In this document: positions 20,033 through 33,089 of the stretch, in pieces
How the letters are laid out: each line of letters starts with the position of its first letter
Numbering within the stretch: the first letter of the stretch is position 1
IMG/VR virus record: IMGVR_UViG_2563366805_000004
Location: 1-56,140 of that record
DNA from: a virus
Taxonomy: Duplodnaviria > Heunggongvirae > Uroviricota > Caudoviricetes
Reading direction: 5' to 3' (one strand)
Length of the DNA stretch: 56,140 bases
Notes under the pieces: generated by a model
The model's database searches: none
What the model saw: only the letters and a program-made list of their open reading frames with translations
Told to the model about the DNA's origin: nothing
Translations under genes and position numbers: made by a program

Positions 20033-21241
20033 ATGTCGGTTTTTCATAACTGGCTGCTTGATATCGCAAGCGGGAATTACTTTATCTACATCAAACGCCT
20101 TTCTGCAAACGACACAGGCGCAACAGGTGGCCATCAGGTCGGACTTTATATCCCCTCAAATATCGTTGAAAAGCTTTTTCCATCTATCAATCATACTCGC
20201 GAACTGAACCCTTCAGTCTTCCTTACTGCGCATGTATCATCCCATGATTGCCCTGATACCCAAGCACGCGCAATTTATTACAACAACCGTTATTTTGGTA
20301 AGACCCGAAACGAAAAAAGAATTACGCGCTGGGGGAGAGGAAGTCCATTACAGAACCCTGAAAATACAGGAGCCCTCACAATTCTTGCTTTCAGGTTAAA
20401 CGAACAGAACACTGACTGTTCCGAGGTAGATATATGGGTCTGCGTCAATCCCGATGAAGAGGATATCATCGAGTCTGCTATTGGCGAAATCATACCTGGA
20501 ACCCTAATTTCCGGCCCTGCCGGACAAATTTTGGGCGGATTGTCTCTTCAGCAAACTCCAGTAAATCATAAATATGTTATTCCTGAAGACTGGAAGAAGC
20601 GTTTTCCTTCTGGAAACGAAATTATTCAATATGCTGCTGGCCATTATGCTAAAAACTCCAAGGATCCAGATGAGCAACTGATTGACCGTCGGCGTGTCGA
20701 GTATGATATTTTTCTACTCGTCGAGGAATTACATGTTCTTGATATTATTAAGAAAGGATTCGATTCTGTAGATGAGTTTATTGCATTAGCCAACTCTGTC
20801 AGTAATCGACGTAAATCAAGGGCAGGCAAATCACTTGAACTTCACCTAGAGAAGCTTTTTATCGAGCACGGACTACGGCATTTCTCCACTCAGGCAGTTA
20901 CTGAAGGTAATAAAAAACCAGATTTCCTGTTTCCTTCAGCAGAGGCATATCATAACGTTGAATTTCCTGTAGAAAACTTACGTATGCTGGCAGTAAAGAC
21001 CACCTGCAAAGATCGCTGGCGTCAGATACTGAATGAAGCAGATAAAATCCATCAGGTACATTTATTTACACTGCAAGAAGGTGTTTCTTCAGCACAATAC
21101 CGAGAAATGAAAGATGCGGGTGTCAGACTCGTTGTACCATCAACTTTACATAAAAAATACCCAGAAGCAGTTAGAGAAGAATTAATAACGCTCGGAGCAT
21201 TCATTACTGAGCTGATAGAGCTTTACGCTGAACTATCATAG
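20033..21241 (+). CDS. ecoRIIR: EcoRII-like Type IIE restriction endonuclease
   Basis: Near full-length match to recollected EcoRII (MSVFHN…RLSANDTG…GGHQVGLYIPS…VENLRMLAVKTTCKDRWRQILNEADKIHQVHLFTLQEG). Confidence 0.9.
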   Translation: MSVFHNWLLDIASGNYFIYIKRLSANDTGATGGHQVGLYIPSNIVEKLFPSINHTRELNPSVFLTAHVSSHDCPDTQARAIYYNNRYFGKTRNEKRITRWGRGSPLQNPENTGALTILAFRLNEQNTDCSEVDIWVCVNPDEEDIIESAIGEIIPGTLISGPAGQILGGLSLQQTPVNHKYVIPEDWKKRFPSGNEIIQYAAGHYAKNSKDPDEQLIDRRRVEYDIFLLVEELHVLDIIKKGFDSVDEFIALANSVSNRRKSRAGKSLELHLEKLFIEHGLRHFSTQAVTEGNKKPDFLFPSAEAYHNVEFPVENLRMLAVKTTCKDRWRQILNEADKIHQVHLFTLQEGVSSAQYREMKDAGVRLVVPSTLHKKYPEAVREELITLGAFITELIELYAELS

Positions 21242-21245
21242 GCTG

Positions 21246-21270
21246 ACTCCCGGCTTAAAAGGCCGGGAGA
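21246..21270. other. Perfect 8-bp-stem hairpin between convergent R and M genes
   Basis: ctcccggc ttaaaag gccgggag; no flanking T-run, so terminator function is uncertain. Confidence 0.4.
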
Positions 21271-21275
21271 TGTTC

Positions 21276-22709
21276 TTAAGGCTGCCCAGTCTTACCAGCA
21301 TCAGCAGAAACAGCTTTGAGGATATAGGGTTCCAGAAGTCTGGCAACAGCTTCAAATACTGGCACCACAACTGAGTTACCGAACTGCCGATATGACTGAG
21401 TATCTGAAACCGGAATACGGAATGGTTTCCCTCCAGGTTTTTCAAATCCCATAAGGCGTGCGCACTCTCGGGGAGTCAGCCTGCGTGGTCGACGAGCCTG
21501 ATTACTCTCATTCATAAAGTCAGCCTCTCCCGTTGCCATATCCCAACCACGATCAATAAGAATTTCTGATCCGTCTTTGTGATATCTGGCAGAAAGTGTG
21601 CGTGCAATGCTTTCCTTATTCTCAGGATTGACCAACCCAAAGCCAAAACCATTCCCCTTGGCTGCATGCTTTTTGGCGTAGTTATAAAGGTACTCCCATA
21701 GTTTTGGCGTAAGTATATATTTACTGTCGACTACAGGCTCCAGCAATTCACCAAATGATGGGCGGTGTTCCGGATAAAAACGACTGATATCACGCAAGGT
21801 AAACCCCTTGTGAATATTCAGATCTCGTCTAAATCCGACCAGAACAATACGTTCACGATGCTGAGGCAAAAAATGCTTCCCATCGATAATCTTTGGATCG
21901 TTTTTTCCCATTTCTGCAGCATCGGCAACTTCGTAGCCCAGCTCGTCAAGGGTCTCCATAATGACTTTGAAAGTTTTACCCTTATCATGGCTCTTCAGAT
22001 TTTTGACATTTTCCAGCACAAAAATTGCCGGTTTTTTTGCTCGTATAATACGTGCCACGTCAAAAAAAAGTGTTCCTTGTGCTTCACATTCAAAACCATG
22101 CGCACGACCAAGTGAGTTTTTCTTACTAACACCAGCAAGGCTAAATGGCTGGCACGGGAACCCCGCAAGAAGCACATCATGATCCGGCACATGCTCATCA
22201 ATATATGCATAAGCATCCGTTTCCAATACATCGGTTTTATCACTCAGCGTGACTTCCCGAATATCGAGATTGAATTTATGCACCTGTTCATCGTTAAACC
22301 AGTTGGCCTTGTATGTACGCACAGCATCTTTATTCCATTCACTGGTAAAAACACACTGGCCTCCAATGGCCTCAAAACCTTTCCGTATCCCTCCAATTCC
22401 AGCAAATAAGTCAATGAAGCGGAAAGCATATTCCGGATGGTTTGCAGGTGGTTCTGGTAGCATCTTACGCAGAAGAGACTCTTCTACTGAAGTCAACGAT
22501 TTTGGTAAACACTTGCCATTAATCCAGCGGTTAATGGTTTCACGGCTCCACTCATTTTTTCCGACTTTTCTCAGTAATTCAGCCACATACTTCTGATCAT
22601 AGATTTCCAGCACTTTCTCGATAAGCTTTTTATCATTTTCCTGTCGCAGCTTTTCTTCCGCCTCGGCTTCCTTCAGCAGATGCTGTGCCAACACTTCAAA
22701 TTCAGACAT
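21276..22709 (-). CDS. ecoRIIM: M.EcoRII/Dcm-type C5-cytosine DNA methyltransferase
   Basis: Start moved to MSEFEVLAQ (GGAGG RBS); motifs FAGIGG, PCQPFS, ENV; near-identical to recollected M.EcoRII and Dcm. Confidence 0.9.
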   Translation of the reverse strand: MSEFEVLAQHLLKEAEAEEKLRQENDKKLIEKVLEIYDQKYVAELLRKVGKNEWSRETINRWINGKCLPKSLTSVEESLLRKMLPEPPANHPEYAFRFIDLFAGIGGIRKGFEAIGGQCVFTSEWNKDAVRTYKANWFNDEQVHKFNLDIREVTLSDKTDVLETDAYAYIDEHVPDHDVLLAGFPCQPFSLAGVSKKNSLGRAHGFECEAQGTLFFDVARIIRAKKPAIFVLENVKNLKSHDKGKTFKVIMETLDELGYEVADAAEMGKNDPKIIDGKHFLPQHRERIVLVGFRRDLNIHKGFTLRDISRFYPEHRPSFGELLEPVVDSKYILTPKLWEYLYNYAKKHAAKGNGFGFGLVNPENKESIARTLSARYHKDGSEILIDRGWDMATGEADFMNESNQARRPRRLTPRECARLMGFEKPGGKPFRIPVSDTQSYRQFGNSVVVPVFEAVARLLEPYILKAVSADAGKTGQP

Positions 22710-23070
22710 AATTCCTCCAAGGGGTCTAATGGGTGAAACTTTATCACTCATTCAACCCAGAAGGAAATGTTTTATCTGGATATTTAAACAGTGACTACAA
22801 CGTAATCTAGCACTGGTGATGCTTTGTTAGGCATAGAGAATCATTCTATATACGACTAATGACAGAAAAACAGCAGACAAGTAGTTTGTTCATAAATTAA
22901 CGCATACTATGTGTCTACGGTTTTCGAGACCGGTCCAATCATCAAACGAAACATAAAATTAGCTCACATTATGAGGAAAAGTATCTTTTTTGTACTATGT
23001 AAATTCAAAGGCTTAGCCTCATTTCTCCGATGGTTTTCTCAACACTACTGGTTGTGAGCCCTTGCAATGA

Positions 23071-23889
<819 letters not shown>

Positions 23890-23911
23890 GTCTTTAAGTG
23901 ATAAGCATAAA

Positions 23912-23956
23912 CCGCAGCACGTCATGCATACGTCGTGTCTGCGGTTTTTCTTTTTT
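23912..23956. terminator. Bidirectional terminator between GIY-YIG gene and tfa
   Basis: ccgcagcacg…cgtgtctgcgg hairpin followed by tttttctttttt on the plus strand. Confidence 0.6.
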
Positions 23957-23958
23957 GC

Positions 23959-24543
23959 TTACACGGTGTCTGGTTCTTCTGGCCACTCAATATCCGGTGC
24001 AGTTGATGTATCAACACGGTTCAGCAACACCCGATACTTTTTCCAGGCTTCCAGCAATGAGGTTTCTTCCTCCGTTGCGATTTCCAGATCTACAGCATCC
24101 TGAAGTGGCGCAATATGCTCACTGGCTACCTGCATCAGGCTGTTTTTTGTTTCTTCTGCCTCCCGGATCCGGAACAGTTTTTCTGCTTCCGTATCCTTCA
24201 CCCAGGCTGTGCCGTTCCACTTCTGATATTCCCCTCCCGGCGACAACCAGGTAACATTTTCCGGTAACGGACCGAGTTCAGAAATAAATAACGCGTCGCC
24301 GGAAGCCACGTCATAAACCGTTTTACCCCGATGGTCTTCAACGAGATGCCACGATGCCTCATCACTGTTGAAAACAGCCACGAAGCCTGCCGGAATATCT
24401 GGTGGTGCAATATCGGTACTGTTTGCTGGCAGACCTGTATGAGGCGGAATATATGCGTCACCTTCACCAATAAATTCATTAGTTCCGGCCAGCAGATTAT
24501 AAATTTTTATGGTCCGTGCTTGTTCACTCATTCTGAATGCCAT
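23959..24543 (-). CDS. tfa: Tail fiber assembly protein Tfa
   Basis: 194 aa; conserved C-terminus [19 protein letters not shown] typical of lambda Tfa family; directly downstream of stf. Confidence 0.85.
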   Translation of the reverse strand: MAFRMSEQARTIKIYNLLAGTNEFIGEGDAYIPPHTGLPANSTDIAPPDIPAGFVAVFNSDEASWHLVEDHRGKTVYDVASGDALFISELGPLPENVTWLSPGGEYQKWNGTAWVKDTEAEKLFRIREAEETKNSLMQVASEHIAPLQDAVDLEIATEEETSLLEAWKKYRVLLNRVDTSTAPDIEWPEEPDTV

Positions 24544-27509
24544 TATGCAAGCCTCACAATATAGTTAAATGCGATGTTTTTGACGGTGTTTTCCGCGTTA
24601 CCAGCAGCGTTAACGGTGATGGTGTGTCCATGTGAACCAATCGCAACGGAGTGCGTATGAGCACCAATACCGACAGTATGCGCGTGTGCACCTGCAGATG
24701 CTGCTGTGCCGGACAGTGAATGGCTATGATTACCATCTGTACTGGTATTCGCTAACCACCCCGTAGACATACCTACTGAGCCTTGTACCCCCCAGGTATT
24801 TTGACCTGAGCTTGTATAACCATATTGATAAGTATCTTTAAAAACACTGGGGTTAAATCGACGGCCATCTCTATGGCTGTGATTACCAGCTGCATTCGTG
24901 CTGCCACTTAAACTATGGGTATGCGCACCAGTGTTATTCGTGGATTTAGTGCCGTAATCAAACGACGATGTGGTTTTCGTCCCCAAATCCGTACTGGATG
25001 CGCTGGCGCTGTGGGTATGCGATTTAATGCCGTCCTGTTCCTGAGACAATACGGCCCGACCACTGGCAGGTTTGCCCTTAATCGTCCAGCCACGCATATC
25101 AGGGATCACGCCTGACGGATAAGCGGCTGCAAGTTTCGGGTATGCAGATTTGTCAAAAGTCTGCCCCTGCATCAGGGCATAGCCAGACGGAACGGTATCT
25201 GATGGCCACGGGATTGGTGCGCCAGGCGGATAAAACTGCTCTGATGGCGTATAGAGTGAATAAACTGTACCGTCCGTTAACCCTTCCGGCTTATTAGCAG
25301 AATATGCTGGTGACGTATGAATCGTCACGCTGGCATTACTGGTATAATCCCATTGAATATTTACACCAGTCGCATAATTTCCGATTGCAACGTAAATATC
25401 GTAAGTATCACCAGATGTATTGACCCAGGCAAAATTTGTAAACCCTGTCGATGTGCGCTGCCATAAAGCACCAGTAATCCCCTTCGGATTACCATTACCT
25501 GCACGTAAAACAAGTTCAGATATACCTGCCTGTTGAGGTGACCCCACGTTAAATCCAGCGCCACCAATCAACGTAATTGAAACAACAGAACTCGCCTGTG
25601 GCATGGTTACCGTTGCTAATTTGAACCAACCAGCACCACCGCTGAATGACATTGTTGTTGAGTTAAGCGTACCAATATCTTTCGGCGTCAGTGTTATATC
25701 CGCTGAAAGCGCCTTACCATTCACCTTACGGGCAGAAGGTACCCGACCATTCGCATTGTCATTAGCTGCTTTCACTGCTTTCGGTGTCGCAGCAAGCGTT
25801 TCAGATGTGCTGTTGGTTGCACTACTGAGCTGGACAATTCCTTTTTGTGCTGTCGTAGCGTCCTGTGCGGTGTATTTCCCGTTAGCCAGGTCATACGCGG
25901 CCTTAACGGCTTTTGGCGTTGCCGCCTGTGACTCGGAAGTGCTGTTAGTCGCACTGCTGAGCTGAACTATCCCTTTCTGTGCTGTCGTTGCATCCTGTGC
26001 GGTGTATTTCCCGTTAGCCAGGTCATACGCGGCCTTAACGGCTTTTGGCGTTGCCGCCTGTGACTCGGAAGTGCTGTTGGTCGCACTGCTGAGCTGTACT
26101 ATCCCCTTTTTCGTCGTGCTCGCATCCTCAAGCGCCACGGCGGATGCAATATCCTCTGCCCGTTTTGCTGCTGTCTCGGCGCGCGTTGCCGCGGATTCCG
26201 CCGTACTTTTGCTCTGTGCTGCCGCTGCCGCACTGCCAGCAGCCTCTGTCGCCTTCGTGGATGCCGTCGTGGCGCTGCCCCTCGCTGCTGACGCCTGTCT
26301 GGTCGCCTCATCTTTTGAAGCAGACGCAGATGATGCCGATGACGCCGCCGAACTGGCGGACGATGCGGCAGCCGTTTTTGAGGATTCTGCGCTGGTTTCC
26401 GACGCTTTCGCGTTCGTTTCGGATGTCTTCGCTGCGGAAGCAGACCTCGCTGCTGCGCTGGCCTGTTCAGTGGCTTCGCCAGCCTTCGTTGTGGCTGTTG
26501 AAGCGGATGATGCGGCGCTTTCTGCCGATTTTCCGGCGGCGGTGGCACTGACTGCTGCCTCCTCTGCCTTAATGGACGCCTCACGGGCCGATGATGCAGC
26601 TGCTGTCTCAGAGTCTGCCGCAGCTGAGGCGCTCTGTTCCGCTGCCGTTTCAGAAGACCTGGCATTCGTCTCGGACGTTTTTGCCGCCTTCACGGAATTT
26701 CCTGCCGCCGTTGCCGAGGAGGCTGCACTGCTGGCGCTTGTGGAGGCGTTCGTTTCTGATGATTTTGCCGCCTCTTTGGAGGCCGCCGCATCTCTGGCTG
26801 AAGTGGCGGCTTCTGACGCTTTCGTCGTCGCAGTGGATGCAGAAGTGGCTGCTGATTTTTGTGACGCTGCAGCATTCGTTTCTGACGTTTTCGCCGCACC
26901 GGCACTGGTGGCCGCCGCGCTTTTTGAGGACTCTGCAGCGGCAGCACTTTTTGATGCTTCAGTGGCCTTTGTTGATGCCGTTCCTGCGCTGGAAGACGCC
27001 TCCTGAGCCGAAGTCGCGGCCTGTCCGGCTGACGTGCTGGCTGCACGCGCTGAGCCTGCAGCATCAGTCGCATGGGTTGCCGCCTCACGGGCAGATGTGC
27101 CGGCATCACTGGCTGACTTCTTCGCGGCTGCCGTGTTCTGTGCCACCGCGGACGCGTTACGCGTCACCTCTTCCACCATCAGTTCAAAACGGCGCAGTGC
27201 CTCTGGCCGGGCATCATCCTCCGTCATGGCACCGAGAAAATCATTCAGCGTACCGGGTCGGGAATCTTCATACACGGTGATGGTCCCGGCATGTGACGGC
27301 GGGAATCCTTCCACCAACAGAATAACGCTGTACTGACCGTACTCAACGTCCATGCTGTAACGCCCGGCTTCATCCGGATTTTCTGAGGCCAGCGTGTTCA
27401 CCACCACCGTGGTGCTGTTACGTTTTGCTTTCAGCTGGATTGTGCAGTTCTGTACCGGTTTTCCTGTGCCGTCTTTCAGTACACCTGAAATCTTTACTGC
27501 CATATTCAC
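24543..27509 (-). CDS. stf: Side tail fiber protein Stf
   Basis: 988 aa; N-terminus [24 protein letters not shown], Ala/Ser/Thr-rich coiled region, repeated [14 protein letters not shown] collar modules, His-rich C-terminus. Confidence 0.9.
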   Translation of the reverse strand: MNMAVKISGVLKDGTGKPVQNCTIQLKAKRNSTTVVVNTLASENPDEAGRYSMDVEYGQYSVILLVEGFPPSHAGTITVYEDSRPGTLNDFLGAMTEDDARPEALRRFELMVEEVTRNASAVAQNTAAAKKSASDAGTSAREAATHATDAAGSARAASTSAGQAATSAQEASSSAGTASTKATEASKSAAAAESSKSAAATSAGAAKTSETNAAASQKSAATSASTATTKASEAATSARDAAASKEAAKSSETNASTSASSAASSATAAGNSVKAAKTSETNARSSETAAEQSASAAADSETAAASSAREASIKAEEAAVSATAAGKSAESAASSASTATTKAGEATEQASAAARSASAAKTSETNAKASETSAESSKTAAASSASSAASSASSASASKDEATRQASAARGSATTASTKATEAAGSAAAAAQSKSTAESAATRAETAAKRAEDIASAVALEDASTTKKGIVQLSSATNSTSESQAATPKAVKAAYDLANGKYTAQDATTAQKGIVQLSSATNSTSESQAATPKAVKAAYDLANGKYTAQDATTAQKGIVQLSSATNSTSETLAATPKAVKAANDNANGRVPSARKVNGKALSADITLTPKDIGTLNSTTMSFSGGAGWFKLATVTMPQASSVVSITLIGGAGFNVGSPQQAGISELVLRAGNGNPKGITGALWQRTSTGFTNFAWVNTSGDTYDIYVAIGNYATGVNIQWDYTSNASVTIHTSPAYSANKPEGLTDGTVYSLYTPSEQFYPPGAPIPWPSDTVPSGYALMQGQTFDKSAYPKLAAAYPSGVIPDMRGWTIKGKPASGRAVLSQEQDGIKSHTHSASASSTDLGTKTTSSFDYGTKSTNNTGAHTHSLSGSTNAAGNHSHRDGRRFNPSVFKDTYQYGYTSSGQNTWGVQGSVGMSTGWLANTSTDGNHSHSLSGTAASAGAHAHTVGIGAHTHSVAIGSHGHTITVNAAGNAENTVKNIAFNYIVRLA
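25770..26110. repeat. ~132-bp tandem repeats (about 2.5 copies) inside stf
   Basis: Near-identical nucleotide units encoding [44 protein letters not shown]. Confidence 0.6.
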
Positions 27510-27514
27510 CCCAC

Positions 27515-27540
27515 AAAAAAGCCCGCCTGAACCGGCGGGC
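27515..27540 (-). terminator. Rho-independent terminator downstream of lom
   Basis: Minus strand reads gcccgcc ggttca ggcgggc followed by tttttt. Confidence 0.6.
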
Positions 27541-27567
27541 TGTCATAACACTGTGTTACCTGGCTAA

Positions 27568-28167
27568 TCAGAACTTATAACCGACACCCACGATGAAACC
27601 GTCAGTGCGCCAGTCGCCACTGCCGGAGCCTTCATAAGCAATATCAATGGCCACGGATTCGGTCGGGTTAAACTGCACGCCAGCTCCCCACGCCAGAGAC
27701 GTGTTGCTGTGGCGACCGTCATCACTTCCGGTCAGCACGTCGTGCGTTTTCCCCTTGTTGTCAGTTACGCGGAGATAATCCCCGGAGAAAGTCGACACAC
27801 GGCTGTAAGCCACACCCGCCATCGCATACGCGCTGAACCATTCATTCACGCGCACAGATGGCCCCGCCATTACGCTGAACCAGCGGTTACGAACGGAATC
27901 TTCATGCCAGCGAGTATCGCTGTAATGGGTCAGCTGGCGATTCTTGTCTCCTGCATAGCTGAATGACGTCACCAGCCCCAGCGTATCCGTAAACTCATAA
28001 CGGTATTTCACGTTAATCCCGTTCAGATCATCACTGCCGGGAACGTTGGTCCGGGCATGAAGATACCCCGCGCTCAGCGTGGACTGATGTTCAGACGCCC
28101 ATGCAGGCGCACCGGATACGGCCAGACAAATGGCTGCGGACAAAATGGCGGCACAAACTTTACGCAT
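27568..28167 (-). CDS. lom: Outer membrane protein Lom (Ail/Lom family)
   Basis: 199 aa with signal peptide and C-terminal GVGYKF beta-barrel signature. Confidence 0.9.
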   Translation of the reverse strand: MRKVCAAILSAAICLAVSGAPAWASEHQSTLSAGYLHARTNVPGSDDLNGINVKYRYEFTDTLGLVTSFSYAGDKNRQLTHYSDTRWHEDSVRNRWFSVMAGPSVRVNEWFSAYAMAGVAYSRVSTFSGDYLRVTDNKGKTHDVLTGSDDGRHSNTSLAWGAGVQFNPTESVAIDIAYEGSGSGDWRTDGFIVGVGYKF

Positions 28168-28190
28168 AATTACCTCTCGCTTTTCTGCAA

Positions 28191-28216
28191 TAAAAAAGGC
28201 GTCATTCCTGACGCCA
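28191..28216 (-). terminator. Rho-independent terminator downstream of J
   Basis: Minus strand reads ggcgtca ggaa tgacgcc followed by ttttttatt. Confidence 0.6.
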
Positions 28217-28237
28217 TTTATTGGGGTTATAAATATT

Positions 28238-31200
28238 TCAACGAATACTGATGCCGGAAGCCGCTTTTTTGGTCACAATCACCGTACAGTCGGTGATATT
28301 GCCTGCCCCCTGATTGCCTTTCTGGAAAATCTTAAACTCCAGAGTGACGCTACCACCACCACTAGGCATATCAATAACTGCACTGTAACTACCGGGAATG
28401 GCCCCTTTAGTTTCTCTGGATGCGATTAATACGCCGTTTTTGCGAACTTCAAAACCATAACCCGTGTATCGCGTGCCTCCCGGGTTATTTCCGCTCCCCG
28501 GATCGTCATACGCTATACCGTTAAAAATAATGGGCGGAATAATAATCTGGCGGTCAAAGTTATGATCATCGCTGATGGTGACTGTAACCGTACCGTTTGG
28601 TGTTTCCGTGTTACCCCACGTACCGACTTTTTTCGGGAAGGCTTTTGATACAGCTTTAACGAAATCTCCTCTGACCTGGGTCGCCTCCAGCATGCCCTTA
28701 ATCGTACAGTTCTGGTTAATCGTGACATTGTTGAGCGTTCCTGAGTTCGCATTCACACTGCCACTGATATCCGCATTTTTCGCCGTCAGTCTCCCGTCTG
28801 ATGTCAGGGAAAATGCCGGAGGATTACCGCCGCTGGTAATGGTGGGGGCCGTCAGGCGTTTCAGGAACACTTCATTCATGAATATCTGATCGCCCTGACC
28901 AACAAACATCGGCTTTGTGTTGCCATTCGCAGGATTAATCATCGCAATCCTGTCTGCTGCCAGCAGCACCTGACTCTGCATGCCGTCAGGGGTGTTCTCA
29001 ATACCGGCACCGATACCCGCAATATAAAGGCGTCCGTCCTGCATCTGCTGCAGCTTCACTGCCCACATGCTGTTCAGGTTATTATTTGTATCAACCTGAA
29101 CCTTCTGTATCTGCTGGATCGCTGCACTCTGGTCTTCCAGTTTCTTATTGACGGTCTGTGTTATTTCATTGCTGACATCCGTTATGGACGTCCTGATTTC
29201 AGTCAGGTCAGGCGCAAGCTGACCGTTATCAATCTGCGTCCACAGCTCCTGAGCCAGATGGGTTTTCCCTATCTCGCCTTTGAAAAAATCCAGATAGCCT
29301 GATGCATCATCACTCGGCTGACCGACAGCCTCCACGAATGCCGATTTGCCAACGGTGTTCACACTGCGAACGTAAAAATAATAATCATGGCCCGGTTTGA
29401 TATTGATACTGGCGGCTATCCAGTACAGTGCCGTACCAAGATAACGCGCGCTGGTTTCAACCTGCCTGATATCCGCAATCCGTTTTTCCGAGAACCAGAA
29501 CTCAAACTGTACCGTCGGGTCATAAACCGCAAGATGCGGCGTGGCGGTTATCTGAAAATAGCCCGGCGTCAGCTCAATCCGCGACGGCGCTGCCGGTGCG
29601 GCAATCCGGAACGATACCGACGCCGGATCGCCCTGCAGCCCCCACGCATTTACCGCCCGGACCGTCAGCATGTAACGCCCCAGCGCCAGTTGCGTGAAGC
29701 GGTATGTGGTTTCCGTCGTCCGGGCCGTGCTGACCAGCCGCTCACTGCCGTCATCCGCTGCCACGGTCAGGCGAAGCAGGAAGCTCACGCCCTTCACCAC
29801 CTTCGGCGTGTCCCAGCGCGCCAGCACCTGGTATTCCCCGCTGTCTGCGGTGACTTCTGCGGTCAGGTGCTGCACCGCTGGCGGCGTGACACCATTTACC
29901 GTGCCGCTCTGGTCGCCGTCAAAGTGCGCCCCGTTATCCACGATGGCCTCTTTTTCCGGTACATGCTGCACGGCGGTGATGGCATACGTGCCGTCGTCGT
30001 TCTCACGGATACTCACACAGCGGAACAGGCGCTGGCGCAACGTCGGCAACTTCAGCCCCCACACGCTGTATTCAGCAACGCCGTCAGGAACACGGCTCAC
30101 TTTCACCTTCACGCCGTCGGTGACGGACTGGACCTCCACGCTGACCGGATTACCCTCACCGTCAACCAGGCTTATCAGCGTGGTGCCGGAGGATGGCAGC
30201 GTGATTTCACGGTCGAGCGTCAGCGTCCGGGTCTGGCTGTTTACCGCCAGCACGCGCCCGCCGGTGCTGATACCGGCATAGTCATCATCACAGATTTCAA
30301 TGACATCGCCCGGCACATGGCGAAGCCCTTCTGCGCCCACGCTGAAGTCCACGGTCTGCGTTTCCAGCAGTTCTGTTTTAATCAGCCACAGCCCGGCGCG
30401 GTGTGCCTGCCCCCGGCTGGTACAGCCAAAAGCATCCATCTTCGTGACGTTACGACCGTAACGGGCAATGGCCTGCGTATCCTCCACAAGCTCTGTCGCC
30501 GTCTCCCAGCCGTTGTTCGGGTCAATCCAGTTCACCTCAACGGCATTATGGCGGTCTTTCAGGGCGCTGAAGCTGTAGCGGAACGGCGCGCCATCATCCG
30601 GCATCACCACATTACTGCGGTTATAGGTCCACACCTTATCCGATGGCCGGTCCTGCACAAACGTCAGCGTCTGCCCGTTCCATACCGGCATACAGCGCAT
30701 CGCCGAGCAGAAATCACTGAGCACATCCCACGCCTTGCGCTGCGTGGTCAGGTACGCATTACAGGTAATACGCGGCTCCGTGCCACCAAAGCCATCCGGC
30801 ACCGACTGGTCGCAATTCTGGCCGATGACATACAGCGCCCATTTATCCACATCCGCCGCACCAAGACGTTTCCCCATGCCGTAGCGCGGATGGGTCAGCA
30901 TATCCCACAGACACCAGGCCATGTTGTTGCTGTATGCCGGTTTAAACGTTCCGTCCCAGATACCGCTGTATTGCCGCGTCTGCGGGTTATAATTCGACGG
31001 CACCTGCAGAATACGCCCGCGCAGATGATAATTACGGCTCACCTGCTGGCTGCCGAACTGCTCCGAATCCACCTGCACGCCGACCAGTGCCGTGTTCGGG
31101 TAGCACTGTTTCACATCGATGATTTCGGTGTATGACGACCAGAGCGTTTTGTTCTGCAGCTGGTCTGTGGTGCTGTCCGGCGTCATTCTGCGCATCCGGA

Positions 31201-31735
31201 TATTAAACGGGCGCGGCGGCAGGTTATCCACCACCACCGAGGCCAGATACTGCGAGGTGGTTTTGCCCTTAATGGTGATGTCTTTTTCCGTCACCCAGCC
31301 ACCATTACGCTGTATCTGAACCAGCAGGCGAACTTCCGACGGATTCCGGTCACCCTTTGAGGTGGTTTCCACCAGTGCCTGCACACCGAAGGTAAAGCGC
31401 AGACGGTCGATGTTTGCCGACGTGATGGTGCGGGTGATCGGCGTGTCATATTTCACTTCCGTACCCAGCACCGTCTCGGAACCGGAGGATTCAAACCCCT
31501 CCGGCGGAGTCTGCTCCTGCTCACCTGCCCGGAACACCACCGTGACACCGGAGATATTGGTATTCCCCTCATTGTCCAGCACCGGCGTACTGTTCAGCAG
31601 CACGCTTTTTAATCCCTCCACCGGACCTTCAACCGGCCCTTCGCTGATGGCATCGATCACACTCAGCAACTGCGTGGACTTCAGGTTGTCCTTCGCTTCG
31701 CGCGGAGTATGCCCCTTACTGCTGCCTTTACCCAT
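28238..31735 (-). CDS. J: Host specificity protein J (central tail fiber)
   Basis: 1165 aa; N-terminus [34 protein letters not shown]… matches recollected lambda J over most of its length; C-terminal receptor-binding part diverges. Confidence 0.95.
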   Translation of the reverse strand: MGKGSSKGHTPREAKDNLKSTQLLSVIDAISEGPVEGPVEGLKSVLLNSTPVLDNEGNTNISGVTVVFRAGEQEQTPPEGFESSGSETVLGTEVKYDTPITRTITSANIDRLRFTFGVQALVETTSKGDRNPSEVRLLVQIQRNGGWVTEKDITIKGKTTSQYLASVVVDNLPPRPFNIRMRRMTPDSTTDQLQNKTLWSSYTEIIDVKQCYPNTALVGVQVDSEQFGSQQVSRNYHLRGRILQVPSNYNPQTRQYSGIWDGTFKPAYSNNMAWCLWDMLTHPRYGMGKRLGAADVDKWALYVIGQNCDQSVPDGFGGTEPRITCNAYLTTQRKAWDVLSDFCSAMRCMPVWNGQTLTFVQDRPSDKVWTYNRSNVVMPDDGAPFRYSFSALKDRHNAVEVNWIDPNNGWETATELVEDTQAIARYGRNVTKMDAFGCTSRGQAHRAGLWLIKTELLETQTVDFSVGAEGLRHVPGDVIEICDDDYAGISTGGRVLAVNSQTRTLTLDREITLPSSGTTLISLVDGEGNPVSVEVQSVTDGVKVKVSRVPDGVAEYSVWGLKLPTLRQRLFRCVSIRENDDGTYAITAVQHVPEKEAIVDNGAHFDGDQSGTVNGVTPPAVQHLTAEVTADSGEYQVLARWDTPKVVKGVSFLLRLTVAADDGSERLVSTARTTETTYRFTQLALGRYMLTVRAVNAWGLQGDPASVSFRIAAPAAPSRIELTPGYFQITATPHLAVYDPTVQFEFWFSEKRIADIRQVETSARYLGTALYWIAASINIKPGHDYYFYVRSVNTVGKSAFVEAVGQPSDDASGYLDFFKGEIGKTHLAQELWTQIDNGQLAPDLTEIRTSITDVSNEITQTVNKKLEDQSAAIQQIQKVQVDTNNNLNSMWAVKLQQMQDGRLYIAGIGAGIENTPDGMQSQVLLAADRIAMINPANGNTKPMFVGQGDQIFMNEVFLKRLTAPTITSGGNPPAFSLTSDGRLTAKNADISGSVNANSGTLNNVTINQNCTIKGMLEATQVRGDFVKAVSKAFPKKVGTWGNTETPNGTVTVTISDDHNFDRQIIIPPIIFNGIAYDDPGSGNNPGGTRYTGYGFEVRKNGVLIASRETKGAIPGSYSAVIDMPSGGGSVTLEFKIFQKGNQGAGNITDCTVIVTKKAASGISIR

Positions 31736-31795
31736 TCCTCACGCTCCATAAACGACAAAACCGCCCGGAGGCGGTTTCACATAAAACGTTTTTCA

Positions 31796-32443
31796 TCAGC
31801 GACCAATCACCACAACCTGACCACCATCCCCTTCGTCTGCCGTGCTGATCTCCTGAGAGACCACCCGCGACCCCACGCGCATTTCACCGTACAGAACGGG
31901 CAGAACATTGCCCTGGGCAACCATGTTATCCAGTGAGGAGAAATAGGTGTTCTGTTTGCCGTTATCTGTACTTGCTGCCGTGGGCGTCCTGGCTTTCGGT
32001 GCCAGCATCTGCGCCACTCCGCCCAGGATCATACTGGCCCCTGCCGCATACATGCCCGATACAGCCGCGGCACCCAGCCAGCCCACAGGGTTCCACCATG
32101 CCACCGCAATCAGCGCCGCCCCCAGCACCACCTGAAACACACCGCCACTTTTAGCTCCCGCCAGACGCGGCACGATGTGGATCACGGCACCATTTGCCAG
32201 CGGCTCATTAAGACGGGCAGACAATTCGGTTTCACCTGCATCACGCCCGGCAATGCGTACCTGGTACCAGCCGTCGCTCAGTTTCTGACGAAACGCCGGG
32301 ATCTGCATGGCCAGCGCCCGGATGGCTTCGGACCCCGTTTTCACTCGAAGGTCGATGCGGCGGCCAAATCGTTGTAAATCCCCGTAAAGGCAGATGCGTG
32401 CCATGCCCGGTGACGCCAGAGGGAGTGTGTGCGTCGCTGCCAT
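31796..32443 (-). CDS. I: Tail assembly protein I
   Basis: C-terminus NYFSSLDNMVAQGNVLPVLYGEMRVGSRVVSQEISTADEGDGG matches lambda I; true start may be downstream of the listed ATG. Confidence 0.85.
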   Translation of the reverse strand: MAATHTLPLASPGMARICLYGDLQRFGRRIDLRVKTGSEAIRALAMQIPAFRQKLSDGWYQVRIAGRDAGETELSARLNEPLANGAVIHIVPRLAGAKSGGVFQVVLGAALIAVAWWNPVGWLGAAAVSGMYAAGASMILGGVAQMLAPKARTPTAASTDNGKQNTYFSSLDNMVAQGNVLPVLYGEMRVGSRVVSQEISTADEGDGGQVVVIGR

Positions 32444-33084
32444 TTGTCGGTGTACCTCTCTCGTTTGCTCAGTTGTTCAGGAATATGGTGCAGCAGCTCG
32501 CTGTCACCACAGTAAATGGCGGCATGATTCGGCACCGATGAACCAAAACAGCACAGCAGCACATCGCCCGGCTGCGCCGCTGACAACGGCACCTGATACA
32601 GCCCTGTGGCCTCCAGATTATCCAGATAGAGATTCTGACCGTTACGCCACCAGTCATCCTCGCGATGAAAATCCGGCATCTCAATCCCCGCCAGATGGTA
32701 AGCATCCCGGAACAGCGTGTAACAGTCCGTCACCCCGTGCTCAAAGCGCCGCCCGGAAAGATGTGGCACACAGCGGAACTTGTGAATCGCCCCCCGGCAA
32801 ACCAGCCACCACGGCAAATCACTCTGCACCTGCAGCCGCCGGTCGGTCTCACTCAGCCAGGGCAGACCACCGGGGTGGCTGTGGACCAGCGCCACAATCT
32901 CACCCTGCATCTCTGCCCGCAGCCAGTACTCCGGCGACATCCGGAAATACTCCTCCGGCTCACCGGAGATATTCACGCAGGGAAAATATCTTTCCCCCTC
33001 CGGCGTGCTTACCACGAAGCCGCACGACTCCGCTGGCGCACATCGCCGGGCGTGCGCCAGAATCGCTGATTCTGTCTGTGTCAT
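32341..33084 (-). CDS. K: Tail assembly protein K (JAB/MPN plus NlpC/P60)
   Basis: 247 aa; HSHPGG JAMM motif; lambda K-like. Confidence 0.9.
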   Translation of the reverse strand: MTQTESAILAHARRCAPAESCGFVVSTPEGERYFPCVNISGEPEEYFRMSPEYWLRAEMQGEIVALVHSHPGGLPWLSETDRRLQVQSDLPWWLVCRGAIHKFRCVPHLSGRRFEHGVTDCYTLFRDAYHLAGIEMPDFHREDDWWRNGQNLYLDNLEATGLYQVPLSAAQPGDVLLCCFGSSVPNHAAIYCGDSELLHHIPEQLSKRERYTDKWQRRTHSLWRHRAWHASAFTGIYNDLAAASTFE

Positions 33085-33089
33085 GGGAT

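Noticed and set aside
21236-21445. Possible vsr (very-short-patch repair endonuclease) overlapping the 3' end of the dcm-like gene
   Set aside because: The only ORF there (69 aa) is antisense and has no Vsr-like sequence; vsr appears to be absent.
26002-27280. Long plus-strand ORFs (334 aa, 229 aa, 135 aa) and alternative-frame minus ORFs (188 aa, 139 aa) rich in Ala, Arg or Pro
   Set aside because: They lie entirely inside the stf low-complexity Ala/Ser/Thr tract; they are frame and antisense artefacts of the repeat composition, and stf itself is strongly supported.
29387-31135. 582-aa plus-strand ORF
   Set aside because: Fully antisense to the J gene, which has near-complete recollected identity to lambda J; Arg/His-rich composition typical of antisense translation of a GC-biased gene.
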